Position numbers and translations under genes: made by a program. A model generated the notes under the pieces. That model was not told where the DNA came from. It did no database searches and saw only the letters and a list, made by a program, of their open reading frames with translations. From positions 22,692,001 to 22,756,000 of the forward strand of contig NC_043001.1 in the NCBI RefSeq assembly GCF_006345805.1: a stretch of 64,000 bases of DNA, in the 5' to 3' direction. Shown one piece after another: positions 14,007-26,923 of this stretch (positions are counted from its first letter, which is position 1; each line of letters begins with the position of its first letter). Origin of the DNA: Octopus sinensis. Its lineage: Eukaryota.

Positions 14007-14943
14007 AAATTTCCAAAGATAGAGATGAATGTATTTTTGAACTTGACTGTGATTTTTAACTCTGTAAATAGAACTTTTTATTCAGTCTTTGTTTTCTTAT
14101 TGCTTATCTGATTGCAAGATATATCTTGCATACCCCCATCCTCACCAAAGGACTTTTGAGGGTTGATGCTCAGCTCTGTTTTAATGGTATAATGTAGATA
14201 AAGAAAATCTCCCTTTGATAAAACATTAGTCTATCATTGGTAAGATTCTCAGATAATGTAACGTATGTTCTTGACACCTCAGCAAACTAAGACAATACAG
14301 AAGCAAATTTGAATGTATGACCCAGGAGGATGTTATCCAGTACCACAGCAACACAACCAAATGCAATGTGGGACTTTTAATTTTTTTCCCTAGACTTTCA
14401 AGTTAAAGCTGTTCATCTTTTTGTTTCATATGAAATTTGTCATTTGTTATCTTTGAGCCTTGTTGGAAACTCATGTGATATAATTACCTATATCCCTGTT
14501 ACAGTGTTTACTTGTGTATAAGTTGTATTTTATACTTGATTGTAACTGAAAAAACTGAGGTGTGACTTACATATGCGAGCAAATCCAAAACTATGGTGAG
14601 GAAAGATTTTGCACCAAGATTTAACAGTAAATTAGAGGTGCATCTTATATGTGAATGAGACAGATGGGATTAAATACAATAGTAATCTTGCTAAATCTTA
14701 TCCAGGAAGATTTTTCTCCTAACATGTTAAATTCAACTTTTGCTTTTCTTTTAATGATACTTTTTTTTTTCTTCCTTTTAATGATTTTAAAATATAATTC
14801 TTTGTTTCTTTTATAGTTCCCAGCAACATTTTACAATGCATCTCCATTGGGTTTTGGCAAGTTCCTGTTTATAGAGCTGTGGTAAATATTTGTTTCATAA
14901 TTCTGCAGAAACCTTAACAATAAAAATCACTTATTTTGTGCAA

Positions 14944-14984
<41 letters not shown>

Positions 14985-15399
14985 CACATACACTTTCCTT
15001 CTCTTTGACCTCATGGCTTTTTAAAAATCTTTGATGCTTATCAATGGCTGACATAATTTAGCTAAGAAACCTGCCTATTCTTAGTGAAAATCGCTTCGGT
15101 TTTTTTACTGTCTTCTTTTGTCAATCATAATGGCCATTTACATTTTATGACACTCTCCTTTTTGACTACAAGTTTTAATTAGTCATTTCACATTCATGAA
15201 TTTAGACCATAACCTGTTGCTTAATTTGCTGTTTGTGTGTAGCACTGGTCGGCCCTGATCAAGTAGACCTGTGGCACTTAAGCAGTCTGTTGAATCTCTT
15301 ATTACATTTCTCTAAATCCAGTCCACCACATACATTAATGTTTCTGTTGACTGAGGGCCACACAGTGCACAATAACATGCAGTTTTGTATCACTAAGAA

Positions 15400-17110
15400 G
15401 TGCAATGTAACATTTCTGGGGGTGCTGTTTCCTTCATTATCCAGTCTGCTCCTTTGTGCTCGTAATAACCACAGCTGAGTTTGCTAAAATGGACAGGTTG
15501 AAGTATTTCAGTTGTTGTTGTTCTGCACTTATTTCTGATGTAAATCCCAGCACAGTGACCGAGAGGTAATGAGGTTATTGATGATGCAACTGCTATTCTT
15601 GTGTTTATCTGGATTAAAGTAGGCAAGATAGTGATTTTAGGATGGTGTTGGACTGGTTAGTTTTCTGGAGCAGATGTTCCTGTGTTTGAGAGTGATTGAA
15701 CATATGGCAGGAATTGTGTGGGCTGGAGTTTGCTTGCTGTAGCAAAAAAAAACAAAACAGCTGCATCCCTGATATGTCCAGGCGGTTACTATTTTGAGTA
15801 CTTTACTTTTATATTGTGTAGGTGTGCTCTGAGTGGGGAATGTGAAATGTGAACAGCTTGTATTTATCAGGTGTCCTTTACAGTGTATTGCAGAAAGATT
15901 GTAGGGCCAGGTAGGACCGGCATAATCAGAGATGGATATGATTTGTAGTCTAAAAGTGCCAGTGTGTCTTTGTGGTTAAAAGGCTTGCTTCCCAACCATG
16001 TGGTCTTGAGGTCAGTCCCACTGTGTAGCACCTGCTATGCTCACAGAGCAGTTGTTACTCTAGAATATTATTGTAATTCCTGATCATCTCTTTTTGGCAT
16101 GTGTCTGGCTCTCTACTTTTGAGTTTTTCTCAATATTACAGGCTAAGGACAATCTTTTCACATGCTGTACAGAAGGTGGGAACCAAAGTGCCAATATTGT
16201 CCATGAATTTGGGTTTGCAATATACAGATCCTCATCATCATCGTTTAACATCTGCTTTCCATGCTGGCATGGGTTGGATGATTTGACCGAGGACTGGCGA
16301 ACCAGATGGCTGCACCAGGCTCCAATCTGATCTGGCAGAATTTCTACAGCTGGATGCCCTTCCTAACGCCAACCACGTGAATCCATACTTTGTGCAAGTT
16401 ATGAGCACATTCCAGACGGCTAGTTTATTGCCCTTTTCTAGTTGCATACTGAACTGAAGGTTTTATTGAATTGCCATGGTCCAGCAGTAGTTGTTCTTCT
16501 TTCTCAGATGACCAAAGTACGAAGATGTCATTTGTATATCTTATCCTCCTGGTTGGTTTAAGTCAGGTTGTTTTTAAAGTCATTTCCTTAAAGTCTTCCA
16601 TAAATATGTTTGCCAAGACAGGGGATGATGAGCCAATAGCTAATCCTTCTTACTGTCGATATAGGATGGGCACCAATTGGAAGTATGTTTGTACACAGAA
16701 TGTCAATGCAACATTTTTATCAGATTATGTCATGATACTGCTACATTCTCCAACTGAAGGATCCAATTCCAGTTTTGATTTCTAACAATTGGTGGTGACT
16801 CATTAGTAAGAATCTTGAATACACTCATCACATCCAAATTAATCATCCTGTGAGAATGAATGAGAATATTTCTGAGTCTATAAAATGAATAGAATTCTTT
16901 CTAGAAGATTGAGACTTACTCATTAGGGTGTTGATTATATCTGCAAGGGATCTGCTCAGTGATGACATGCTGTGCTGACAACTGACTGTTGGTCTTAGTG
17001 GAATATTGACATAGAGAATTTTTGGGAAACTGTAGATATGTTGTAGCCTCTTGATTCAACTGTCTGTATTCATTCAATCTAAACTGGGTATGCTGTGGTT
17101 GATGATGTCT
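15400..17110 (-). mobile_element. Penelope-like retroelement relic (RT, probably GIY-YIG), interrupted by SINE fragments
   Basis: Minus-strand fragments IYSFPKIL..IPLRPTVS (YGLPKIHK..PLRPIVS), MINLDVMSVF, YRQ*EGLAIGSS, LANIFMEDF, RYTNDIFVLW (YVDD), GNKLAVWNVL. Confidence 0.75.
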
Positions 17111-17129
17111 GACATCTCTGGTGCTTTAT

Positions 17130-18172
17130 AGACGCCGTTTGTGAGGCACACTTTCCCGCAGATCGTCTCTTTGGCTGAACTGCAGTCATGGATCAAACAG
17201 ACTGAGGTTAGGTGAATGGCACTGTGAGTGCCGCCTTGCTCTCAAGCAACTCTGCCATCTGGGACCAAACTTGTGCGAGTTCAATTCCACAAAGGCGTTC
17301 TATAGAGGATTAGTGGAGGGGAGGTGCGACAATGTTATTGGGGAGAATCTGGGCATTGATGAGGAACACCTGACCCACCTCTTCAGGACAAATAACTTTT
17401 GGGCCTGGACCTATGGACAATCACCAGAGATCCCTGGCAGTGCTATTGGGAAGCATTGCCAGTTCAGGATAAGCTCTACAGGTACGGCTTGAGATGCACC
17501 GGACTGACTTGCCTGACATGCGGTCAGAGTGACGAAACCATTCTGCACTTACTTGTGCAGTGTGCAACCATTTCAGACCTGTGGGCTTATCTTGAATGGC
17601 TGCTGTTAGGTGTGGGATGAATTTGGTTATTGGCCGAACCTATCGTGAATATTGCCCCGCCACCTTCCTTTAACCAGGAAGGCAAGGCAGTCTTCATTGT
17701 ACTGGTGGCTATGGTGAAAGAATGTGTGTGGTGGACTCGTGTGAAAGGTTTAGAGACAAACACTTTCCTCTCTGGCCAATCACTCATTAACTTTTTCAAG
17801 TACCACTTGAAAGGGAAGGTGAGAATAGAGAGAGAAGTTTTGTCTTATAAAAGTTTCAATAAAATGTAGGTGAATGTAGCAAAGATGGTCCAAAAGAGAG
17901 AATAAGAGAGCGTTTTGCTCTGATATGTTACTTTCCCTGCCTGAAGTTACCATGGTCTTTTCCATAGGCTTTTCTTTCCACGGATAAACCTCTTATACAT
18001 TTTTATGCTGCTTTTTTTTTTTCTGTTTTCACATCACAAATGCTTTCGATTCCTTTTGATTGTTTTTTTTTCCCTTTCTTCTTTTTGAAAAGAAAAGTTC
18101 TACTTTATATTGTCCCCTCTGTTCAGCCCTGCATGGCTAATAAAGATATCTATCTATCTCAATCAATCAATC
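17130..18172 (+). mobile_element. L1/Tx1-type LINE 3' end (zf-RVT CCHC region plus 3' UTR)
   Basis: ALPVQDKLYRYG..CLTCGQSDETILHLLVQC..LW; T-rich 3' UTR, AATAAA at ~18139, (TATC)/(AATC) tail. Confidence 0.8.
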
Positions 18173-18519
18173 AAAGCCTAAAATACATTTTAAGTATTAA
18201 GTTAGACTACAGCTTTTAAGCCTATTTGTTATGTAGCTTTCAAAAGATGTGAAGGTATTTTATTTTCTTCTTATTCAGAAATATGAAAGTGATTGTGTTG
18301 ACTATAATCAGAGGCCACTCACGGAGGCAAAGTGGCTGAATTCCTTTCGAGCATTGGGCCTCACAGAGGTGGAGACAAAATGGCTGGGTTCCTTTTGAGT
18401 ATTGGTCCTCATAGAGGCAAGGTGGTCGAGTTCCTGGAGGCAATAATGATCTTTGGCATTATGTCATACTTGAGAAGAAGAACCATCAAGCAAAGCAAAA
18501 CTGCAATTGAGGCAGATAC

Positions 18520-18775
18520 CAGTGTCATGCAAATTGGCACTTGTGCTGGTGGCACATAAATGCACCCTGGTGTCATGCAAATGGCACCTGTGCCAGTGGC
18601 ACATAAAAGCACCCATTACACTCTGAGTGGTTGGTATTGGGAAGGGCATCCAGCTGTAGAAAACCATGCCAAATCAGACTGGAGCCTGGTGCAGCCTTCC
18701 AGTGTGTCAGCCCAGTTAAACTGTCCAACCCATGCCAGCATGGACAACAGACAGTAAATGATGATGAGGATGATT
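18520..18775 (+). mobile_element. family E repeat
   Basis: GGAAGGGCATCCAGCTGTAGAAAAC..CATGCCAGCATGG..ATGATGAGGATG. Confidence 0.8.
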
Positions 18776-18960
18776 CAACATAAATTATAACTTAGCTGTA
18801 TTGATTGGACTGATTTTCATACTTAACCTTGCTGCCCAACCACATGGTTCTGGGTTCAATGTCTCTGCATGGTACCTTGAGCAAGTGTCTTCTACTATAG
18901 CTTCAAGCTGATGAAAGCCTTGTGAGTGGATTTGGTAGACAAAAACTGAAAGGAGCCTGT

Positions 18961-18990
<30 letters not shown>

Positions 18991-18991
<1 letters not shown>

Positions 18992-19197
18992 CATCATCAT
19001 CATCATCATTTAGCATCCGTTTTCCATGCTAGCATGGGTTGGACAGTTCAACTGGGGTCTGTGAAGCCAGAAGGCTGCATCAGGCCCAGTCTGATCTGGC
19101 AGTGTTTCTACGGCTGGATGCCCTTCCTAACGCCAACCACTCCGCGAGTGTAGTGGGTGCTTTTTACGTGCCACCCGCACAGGTGCCAGACGGAGCT
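18991..19197 (-). mobile_element. family E repeat, inverted relative to the 18520 copy
   Basis: (CAT)n..TTTCCATGCTAGCATGGGTTGGAC..GGATGCCCTTCCTAACGCC. Confidence 0.8.
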
Positions 19198-19346
19198 GTA
19201 TATATTCAATTAGAGGTTAAAATAGCCTCATTAAGGGATCGTAATATCCAATGAATAACAGGTTCATTACCTAATATTTTTTGTGAATAATAATTATTCA
19301 TAAAATAGGTCCAAATATAAATCTTGGTTTATGAATATTCAAAAGA

Positions 19347-19681
19347 AAATTCAGAAAATGGAGATGTAGCATTAATATGATTTATTATCTGCAAAAATCC
19401 AACATTTTCTCATTTCGCTGTTTCAATTAAGGCTAAATGATTAAATAGCAATAATTAGATCATTATATTAGGCAAAATCTCATTAGTTGGGTAGAAAAGA
19501 TATACCGTTAGGTTATTAGGTGAGTTTTTGAATCATTTCAGCTGACTGAGATTTTGCCTAAAATAATGATTTAATCATTGCTTTTTAATCTTTTAGATTT
19601 AATTGAAACAGCTGTAAGAGAATATGTTGGATTTTTGCAGATAATAAATTATATTAATGTTATATCTCCATTTTCTTAATT
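19347..19681. repeat. long inverted repeat (foldback/MITE-like), ~135-bp arms
   Basis: AGAAAATGGAGAT..TTTATTATCTGCAAAAATCCAACAT..TTAGGCAAAATCTCA mirrored by TGAGATTTTGCCTAA..ATGTTGGATTTTTGCAGATAATAAA..ATCTCCATTTTCT. Confidence 0.85.
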
Positions 19682-19790
19682 ATATATGTACCACCACTTG
19701 ACAATCAGTGTTGGTATGTTTATGTTCCTATAAATTAGCAGTGTGGCAAAAGAGACAAAAAAAGTGAATTCATCTGACTACCCCAGTATT

Positions 19791-19846
<56 letters not shown>

Positions 19847-20492
19847 AATACACGTGATTACAGGGAAGCCATCTTTCTGACTGCTATCTTCACCAAGACC
19901 AGACCAACTCATCCTGTCTCTTTCATAAGCTGTCTCCTTAAGCATTCAGAATAATTTTTCCATTGTCTTAGCTTAACAGCCCTCATCGTTTGTTTTTACT
20001 GTTTTGTTCTCATTGTTCTGTCTTTTACTGTTTTTACTTTTTTATTGATTTTACTGTTTTTTTCTTACTATCCTGTTCTTGTTACCACTTTCACCCTCTG
20101 CAAAAAATCCCAAATTTTATTTAATTTGCTTTGCGAGAAGGACTGTTTCAACGAAGTCGCGTCTTGTCCTTACCTTTGAAACGCTGAGTAGATGAAACAG
20201 GAACAACTGAAGAAGGGAAATATTCCTTGTGTTGTATGTCTTGTACTCTGTTTTTTTTGTTGTTTGAAAAAAGGTTTGTATCAATGTTTTTGTGTTTATG
20301 TTTTCGTTTCTCATTGTGTTCAATGTTTTTTTGATGTCCTGTACCCATATATGCATGTATATATACATATATATGTAGGTATGTACATATGTGTATGTAT
20401 ATATGCATATATTTATATATTATTATGTATGTGTTTCTTTGTCTAAATTATTTTTCTTTTATTCCTCAGATGGTCTGTTATATGGTCCAAAG

Positions 20493-21455
20493 ATGGCGGA
20501 GGAGGTGATAGTCATTGCAAAATATGATTATAAGGCTGAAAATAGCCAAGAGTTGGACATTAAGAAGAATGAGAAGCTACGTCTTCTTGACGACAGTAAA
20601 GAATGGTGGAAAGTACAAAATATGCAAAGCAAATCTGGCTTTGTACCATCAAATTATGTCAAAAAATCAAAGCCTTCCTTCTTCTCTAGTTTACTCACTA
20701 GGAAAAAGAACAAATGTCCAGCTGCCAGCTACCAGGCTTCAAGAAATGGAGTTGCGGCACTTGACCAAAAAAGTCCAGGAGGTGCTGATATCCAGATTTG
20801 TGAACATGTACCAGCAATTGTCAAATATGGTTATCAAGCACAGCGTCCTGATGAAATATCATTAACAAAATCTGAGAAGGTGATAGTCATGCAAAAATCT
20901 ATTGATGGATGGTGGCGTGGCCGAAAAGATAATGACGAATATGGGTGGTTTCCATCCAACTACGTTGAGTTGGAACAACCCTCTGACTTATCAGCAACTC
21001 CTCGTGTGGATTTTGGTGCAATGGAAGGGATAGAAGTTGTTACAGCTTTATATACTTTTAAACGTTCAAATCAAGAAGAACTTAGCTTTGAAAAAGGGGA
21101 CCGTTTATTAATTGTTGAAAAACCTATTGAGGATCCTGATTGGTGGAAAGCACGGAACAAGTTTGACCACTTAGGTCTTGTACCACGTAATTATGTTCAA
21201 TCAGTAGATGATATTGAATATGATACTGCAACCAATGACAGCTCATGTACTCCACACTCTCAGTCAGCTAGTAGTCTTTCTAATGCATCCTCACTCAGTG
21301 TGGTCGGCATGCCTAATCATAAACCACAGCATTTATCGGGACCTCTAGCTGATAAAGAGTGGTATTTTGGGAAAATAACACGGACCCAGTGTGAAGAAAT
21401 GCTTACAAAACACGCTGAAGATGGGGATTTCCTGATTCGAGATAGTGAATCTACA
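20493..21455 (+). CDS. NCK: Cytoplasmic adaptor NCK (Dock) coding exon 1: SH3-1, SH3-2, SH3-3 and the N-terminal part of SH2
   Basis: Starts [32 protein letters not shown], nearly identical to the vertebrate NCK N-terminus; three SH3 motifs (WW..G..P.NYV); SH2 [15 protein letters not shown]. Acceptor TTCCTCAG ends at 20469; phase-0 donor GTAAGT at 21456. Confidence 0.97.
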
Positions 21456-21989
21456 GTAAGTATTGTCATATATTGTCTTCATTGTTTTTACTGACAATAT
21501 TGTTTTGAAAACCAATTATCCATTAATTATTTTATGCTTACTTCATAATTAACTGATTATTTACAGTATTTCAGTATTTTGTTTATTTGGGTGAAATAAC
21601 TCTGGCATACTTCAGAAATGAAGTATCTTCTAGTTTGGTTGTTTGCTCTCTCTCTTTCCTTTTCCCTCACACTAAATTATTATTTCTTCTTGATACAACT
21701 AATCAACTACTATAATATATATTTAACCATATGTTAATCATATTTATTTAAATGAACCGATTATGTCATAACAAATTCATCACTTCACTACAAAACCCCC
21801 ACTATATTAATATACTCCACATTACAACAATGTTACCAATTCTCCACTCAAAACAACAAATTTTTGAGACTATCATCATTTTATGTTCATTCTTCCATGC
21901 TGGCAGAGGTTGGACAGGCCATCAATGTCTTCGTCATTTTGCACACTGAACAAATGATCAACTTTGGTTTTGTGTATATCTTACAGTAT

Positions 21990-22202
21990 ATATTTCTTTA
22001 CTACCCACAAGGAGCTAAACACAGAGGGACAGACAAACGGATTAAGTCGACCCCTGTGCGTAACTGGTACTTAATTTATTGACTCCGAAAGGATGAAAGG
22101 CAAAGCCGACCTCGGCGGAATTTGAACTCGGAACATAACGGCAGACGAAATACGGCTACGCATTTTGCCCGGCGTGCTAACGCTTCTGCCAGCTCGCCAC
22201 CT
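21990..22202 (-). mobile_element. SINE family M, single copy
   Basis: TTTCTTTACTACCCACAAG..GAAAGGATGAAAGGC..CTGCCAGCTCGCC. Confidence 0.85.
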
Positions 22203-24562
22203 TCATATCTTACAGTATAGTGTTGGTATTGTTTTGTTTTTAGTATTCGAGGGTTTGTCCCGTGTGAGGAAGACTAAAAGAAGTGTAGTGAGATGGGTGG
22301 CCTGCATCGTGGCTCCCCATCCACTTCAGGTAATATTTCACAAGTTTGCTGTGTGAATAACAACAAAATTATTCACGTAGTGAACTTCATAACTCAAATA
22401 ATAAAATATTGAACGACTTTGTGAATATTCACTGGTTTCATTGATGACTCGAGCTGGAGCTTCTATAAAATTGACTTAGATGTTGGCTATCTTGCCATTC
22501 CACTGAAGTTGTATATTAAATTGTTATTCATAATTACAATAATGCCTCGATATATGAGTTAATTCATTCCTGGAGAATGCTCATAAAGTGAAAACTCATA
22601 AACAGAAAATAAAACTTGTAAAGCAGGCATGTCATAAAGCGGGTCTTTGCAAAGGGAGATATTACTGTATATTTCTGTTCATTTTTCTTTTCATGGTTGC
22701 TTTTTTTCTCTTAGAAACCATCCATAATAAACTACAAACAGTTCAAAACAAAGTTCTCCATAAGTTGCACACACAAGATTCTAATCACGGAATAAAACTA
22801 AAATACTTGAACTCCTTGTAGCATCATCTTTAATCACATACTAATTCATTGTTCTACATTCAGGGGATACCAAGATAATACGATGTTGAAATTGTTTTCA
22901 TTACTATGTGACAGAAACAAACCATAAATCTGATGTTTGTAGTAAAACGACTGTAATACTAATATTGTTATTAGGCCTGTACTCTGATTGGTAGCTTTTA
23001 TTAATACATTCTGAAGAATCAATCTACAATGCTTTACTTGAGCACTCGACATCTACCTCCAGTCACACACAAACTGAACAATTGTTCGCAATGTACTCAG
23101 ACAATGCTTCACTGTAATGGCTCTACAAAACATACCACAGCAGAAGGGTGGCTACAGTGTGCTGGGTCCATAGATCTTTACTTGAATGTTCAGCTACATA
23201 TATGTTTATTTATTTTTCATATGACAGCTAGTTGAGAGCTCTCCAAGAAAGGTGAGATTATTGTAGATGTCCTTTTAAAATGTCTATGGTTTTGTGTCTG
23301 AAAGAAGTGGCCCCCAGCTGTAAAGGGCATGAAAATAGTACAGATGAGCAGAGACCGTTGTAGCTGAGATAACACAGAATGCAGACATGAGCCAGTGATT
23401 GAATCTTTGCTAGTCAGTCAGCTGACCTTCTTTTAGATTTGATCATGTTTCATCTATGATCTTTTAGATTTGGTCAAGGATGTCACTTTGAAGCAACACT
23501 GTACCATAGATGGAGTCAACACCTTATGGATTTTACTTGGTTTGTAATGAGTTAGCAACTGACAGAGCAGAGTATTTCTTGGTTTCAAAGAAGAGCCTTA
23601 GTTTTTGTGCTGTAGTTTTGGCAATGTTTTATATGAAAGATAATCAATTTGAGAGCCTTAGCATTTGTTATATGCTATTCACAAACTAGTGTTACACCAT
23701 ACTATTTCCTTGATATGAATTGATTGATTTTCTCATTTTTCTTGGTTGACATCAAGCTTCACTTTTACTTCATTGTTGAGTTTTTAGCGACAAGAAAGGC
23801 ACCTAATTGTGAAACAATTGTCACAACAACATGCAAAAATATTATTTAATAAAGCTGACCCATGTTATCATAAAAAATAGATGTATATTAAAAAGAAATA
23901 TCTGATTATTAGCTGAATGAGTTCTCTTTTCTTGCAACTGTAACGTAATTTTATTTAAAAAAACAAAAAAACAAAAGAACTTCAACTGCATGTGATCTTG
24001 TATTTGGCAGAGCACTTTACTATTTTAGAATCCAATTCAATATTCTTTATCATATTGAAAAGATGGATACACCCTATATCATGAATATTGTTAATTTTTT
24101 GAGGTGTCATTTTAATTGAAATTGTTCTGTTACTTGTTGCAGTAGCATTTGAAATAAATATCTTACTATCTGGAACACCTGCTGGTTATGTGTGTACAAA
24201 ATGGCGTAGTTTACTTTTCTTGACAAACATTCTCTACTTTACTACCTTGAAAGACAAATCTCATTCGTGGATTATAAGTTATTTTTCAAAATATGATTTG
24301 GTTATTGGTCTAAGAGAGGCTACTCTTGTCAATGTTACGAAAATTGTTGAATTTCTGAAATATGTAACATTTTGTTATTAGACGGATTATTTCTTTTCTA
24401 GATTAATGTTCAGATAGGTCTGTCTAGCATTTCTGAATTTACATATAATTATTTAATATTTTCTTTTGAGAATCTGATAATATTTTCGCCCTTAATCTTT
24501 TAAACATTTTACTCTCAATTTAATTTAACCTTGATCTGTTTGAAGATCTAAGTATTGTTTAA

Positions 24563-25036
24563 CCCTTTAGCTTTTAAACAGGCGATATCCGGTACAAATA
24601 TTCTGTCTATTTTATGTTCAAAGTGCCCAGATCTGACCTCTCACACCTATCCTACAATGTCATTCTAAAAATAAGCAATTGCATCATTGAAAACTTGAAG
24701 CTATTAAGTAATGCATGATTAACTCAAAACGAAATGAATAAATAAGCATTACATTTGACAGTAATCATCATCATTTAACGTTCTCTGTCCATACTAGCAT
24801 AGGCTGGAAGGGCTGGTAAGCTGGAAGGCTACACCAGACTCCTGTCTGGTTTGGCATGGTTTTCTATGGTTTCATTTAACGTCCATTGTCCATACTGGCA
24901 TGGGTTGGAAGGTTTGACCAGAGCTGGTAAGCTGGAAGGCTGCACCAGACTCCAGTCTGGTTTGGCATGGTTTTCTATGGCTGGATGCCCTTCGCAATAT
25001 CAACCGCTGGGAGAGCGTAATCTAGATGCTAAAGGG
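24563..25036. mobile_element. TTAA-flanked piggyBac-type MITE with an inserted, duplicated family E fragment
   Basis: TTAA-CCCTTTAGC ... GCTAAAGGG-TTAA; homologous to 38255-38472; two tandem family-E fragments at ~24765-25005. Confidence 0.75.
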
Positions 25037-25272
25037 TTAAACCACTTTTAATTTGTTTTCTTTAATTGGTCTGGTTACATTCCATACCCGTTTGTAGCTT
25101 TAAATTTAGACACAAGGAAATGTGTAATGCAAATATTATCATCTGCAAAAGGATTATGGATTCTAATTTTTCTTTTCTTTTGATGTTGTAGATCCAAATA
25201 TAAATATTTCTGAATCATTGTAAGAGAAAGGAGATTATGTTTATTATTAAAACAAATAGAATGACAGAGATT

Positions 25273-25608
25273 ACAATTGCAGTGTGGAAGGTGTTTATAA
25301 GCCATTTAAAAAACACACAAAATCCGTTAGATTCACTTCAACATTTAAATTTAATTTGCCAAAATATTTTCGTCGCTTTGAGATCGCGACCTGTTCACCG
25401 ACAAAATTCCGTGCTGCATTTGTCAGTGAACAGGTTGTGGTTTCAAAGCGATGAAAATATTTTGTCAAATTAAATTTAAATGTTGAAGTGAATCTAACGG
25501 ATTTTGTGTGTTTCTTAAATGGCTTGTAAACATCTTCCACGCTGCAATTGTTTTCGTTCCAGCACATGGTCTCATATCAGGTCACTTGCTATGCAAGTAC
25601 ATCTCCGT
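25273..25608. mobile_element. palindromic element (~135-bp arms) flanked by a 13-bp direct repeat
   Basis: Arms 25273-~25405 and ~25420-25551; AATGACAGAGATT at 25260-25272 and 25609-25621. Confidence 0.85.
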
Positions 25609-26622
25609 AATGACAGAGATTGTTCTTGAAATATTCCTTTTGAAAAACTTACAGCATTATTAGTAATTGCAGTTTATTTGGCAGTTTGAGAAATTTGCCT
25701 ATCAGATTAGTCAGTTTTCATTTTAGACAATTCCAGCTGCCGGAACTAAGGAACAGAATTGAGTGCCTTCAGCTCTCATACCATATTGTTATTAGCTTTT
25801 GATTGTATTGTTTTGCTTCAAAGAGTATAATTTTATTTCTTAAACATGTTTGCAAATAGAATTCTAAATTATCATTTTTCTAAGTTGTTAGTGTACAGTT
25901 CCAGTTAGACCTGTGGTATATTGATAGCCAGTTGTATGGCCAAGGGTGGTTGTATCTGGTACACTTTATCTCCATCTGATTGAAAATACACTGCAGACTC
26001 TGACAAGCAATGGCTCATTGTTTGAGGTTTTTTACTTTCCAGTCTGTTTCTGCCTGTATATCTGTAGGTTTTAGTGGTGAACTCATTCAAAGCTCCCCAA
26101 TTACTGCATTTTTTCCTTTTCTAGTGGTGTGCATTTCAACACTTTGATGTTCATGAGATTATCGATGCTGATGTTATTGTGGTGTTGTGATAATATTGTT
26201 TTAAATATCTTGATGTTTCATTGAACATATAGTGGGAGGGACTATGAGGAGTTGGAACCTGCTGTGATGACAAACTCTCTGAATAGTTGGCCTTTCATTT
26301 TGTGTATTTTGGTGGTGGTTATTGTTTTGCCCCAGATTTTCCCTGATTAAACAGGCCTATTATCAAAGGTATCCCAGCCTCAGCTATCTCATCTTATTTT
26401 CAGGTGTGATACACTGCATTACACACATTCAATGTATCCTATTTCAAAAAGATATAGTGTGGTTTGAGAGGGATGTTTAGCTTCTGTTTCTCACAGTTAA
26501 GTGACTGTAGAAGTTCCTTTAACAACCAAAAACATTCTAGTTTCATTGCATGTAGTGTGATGATGTGAAGTGTGCCATTTTTGTGTTCTTTTTAGAATAT
26601 TGAGGAGCTATTAGCCTTTTGG

Positions 26623-26923
26623 TGGAGGCACATGACCTAGTGGTTAGAGCAGCGGACTCGTGGTCGAGGGATCGCGGGTTCGAATCTCAGACCGGGTGAT
26701 GTGTGTGTTTATGAGTGAGACACCTAAGCTCCACCCGGTTCCAGCTGAAGGTAATGGCGAACTTCTGCTGACTCTTTCACTACAACTTTCTCTCACTCTT
26801 TCATCCTGCGTCTTGCAGCTCACCTGCGACGGACCGGCGTCCCGTCCAGGTGGGGAACCTATACGCCAAGGAAACCAGGAAATCGGCTCTTATGAGCCAG
26901 GTATGACTTGAGAAGGAACAAGC
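26623..26923 (+). mobile_element. tRNA-derived SINE (family B) with 13-bp TSD
   Basis: A box TAGTGGTTAG, B box GGTTCGAATCT; TSD ATTAGCCTTTTGG at 26610-26622 and 26924-26936. Confidence 0.9.

Noticed and set aside
20205-20230. CTGAAGA-AGGGAAATATTCCTT hammerhead-like half
   Set aside because: No GAAA or cleavage triplet follows
20391-20469. Listed ORF start upstream of NCK (MYVYMH..), and its tail 21456-21494
   Set aside because: Intronic microsatellite and polypyrimidine sequence outside the splice sites; homology starts at MAEEV
22240-23760. Possible further transposon or coding relics in the NCK intron
   Set aside because: No motif could be recognised with confidence by eye
26623-26695. 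tRNA-like sequence (also 44117, 60610-60685, 35362)
   Set aside because: A/B boxes continue into a SINE body with tail and TSD; no proper acceptor stem or terminator
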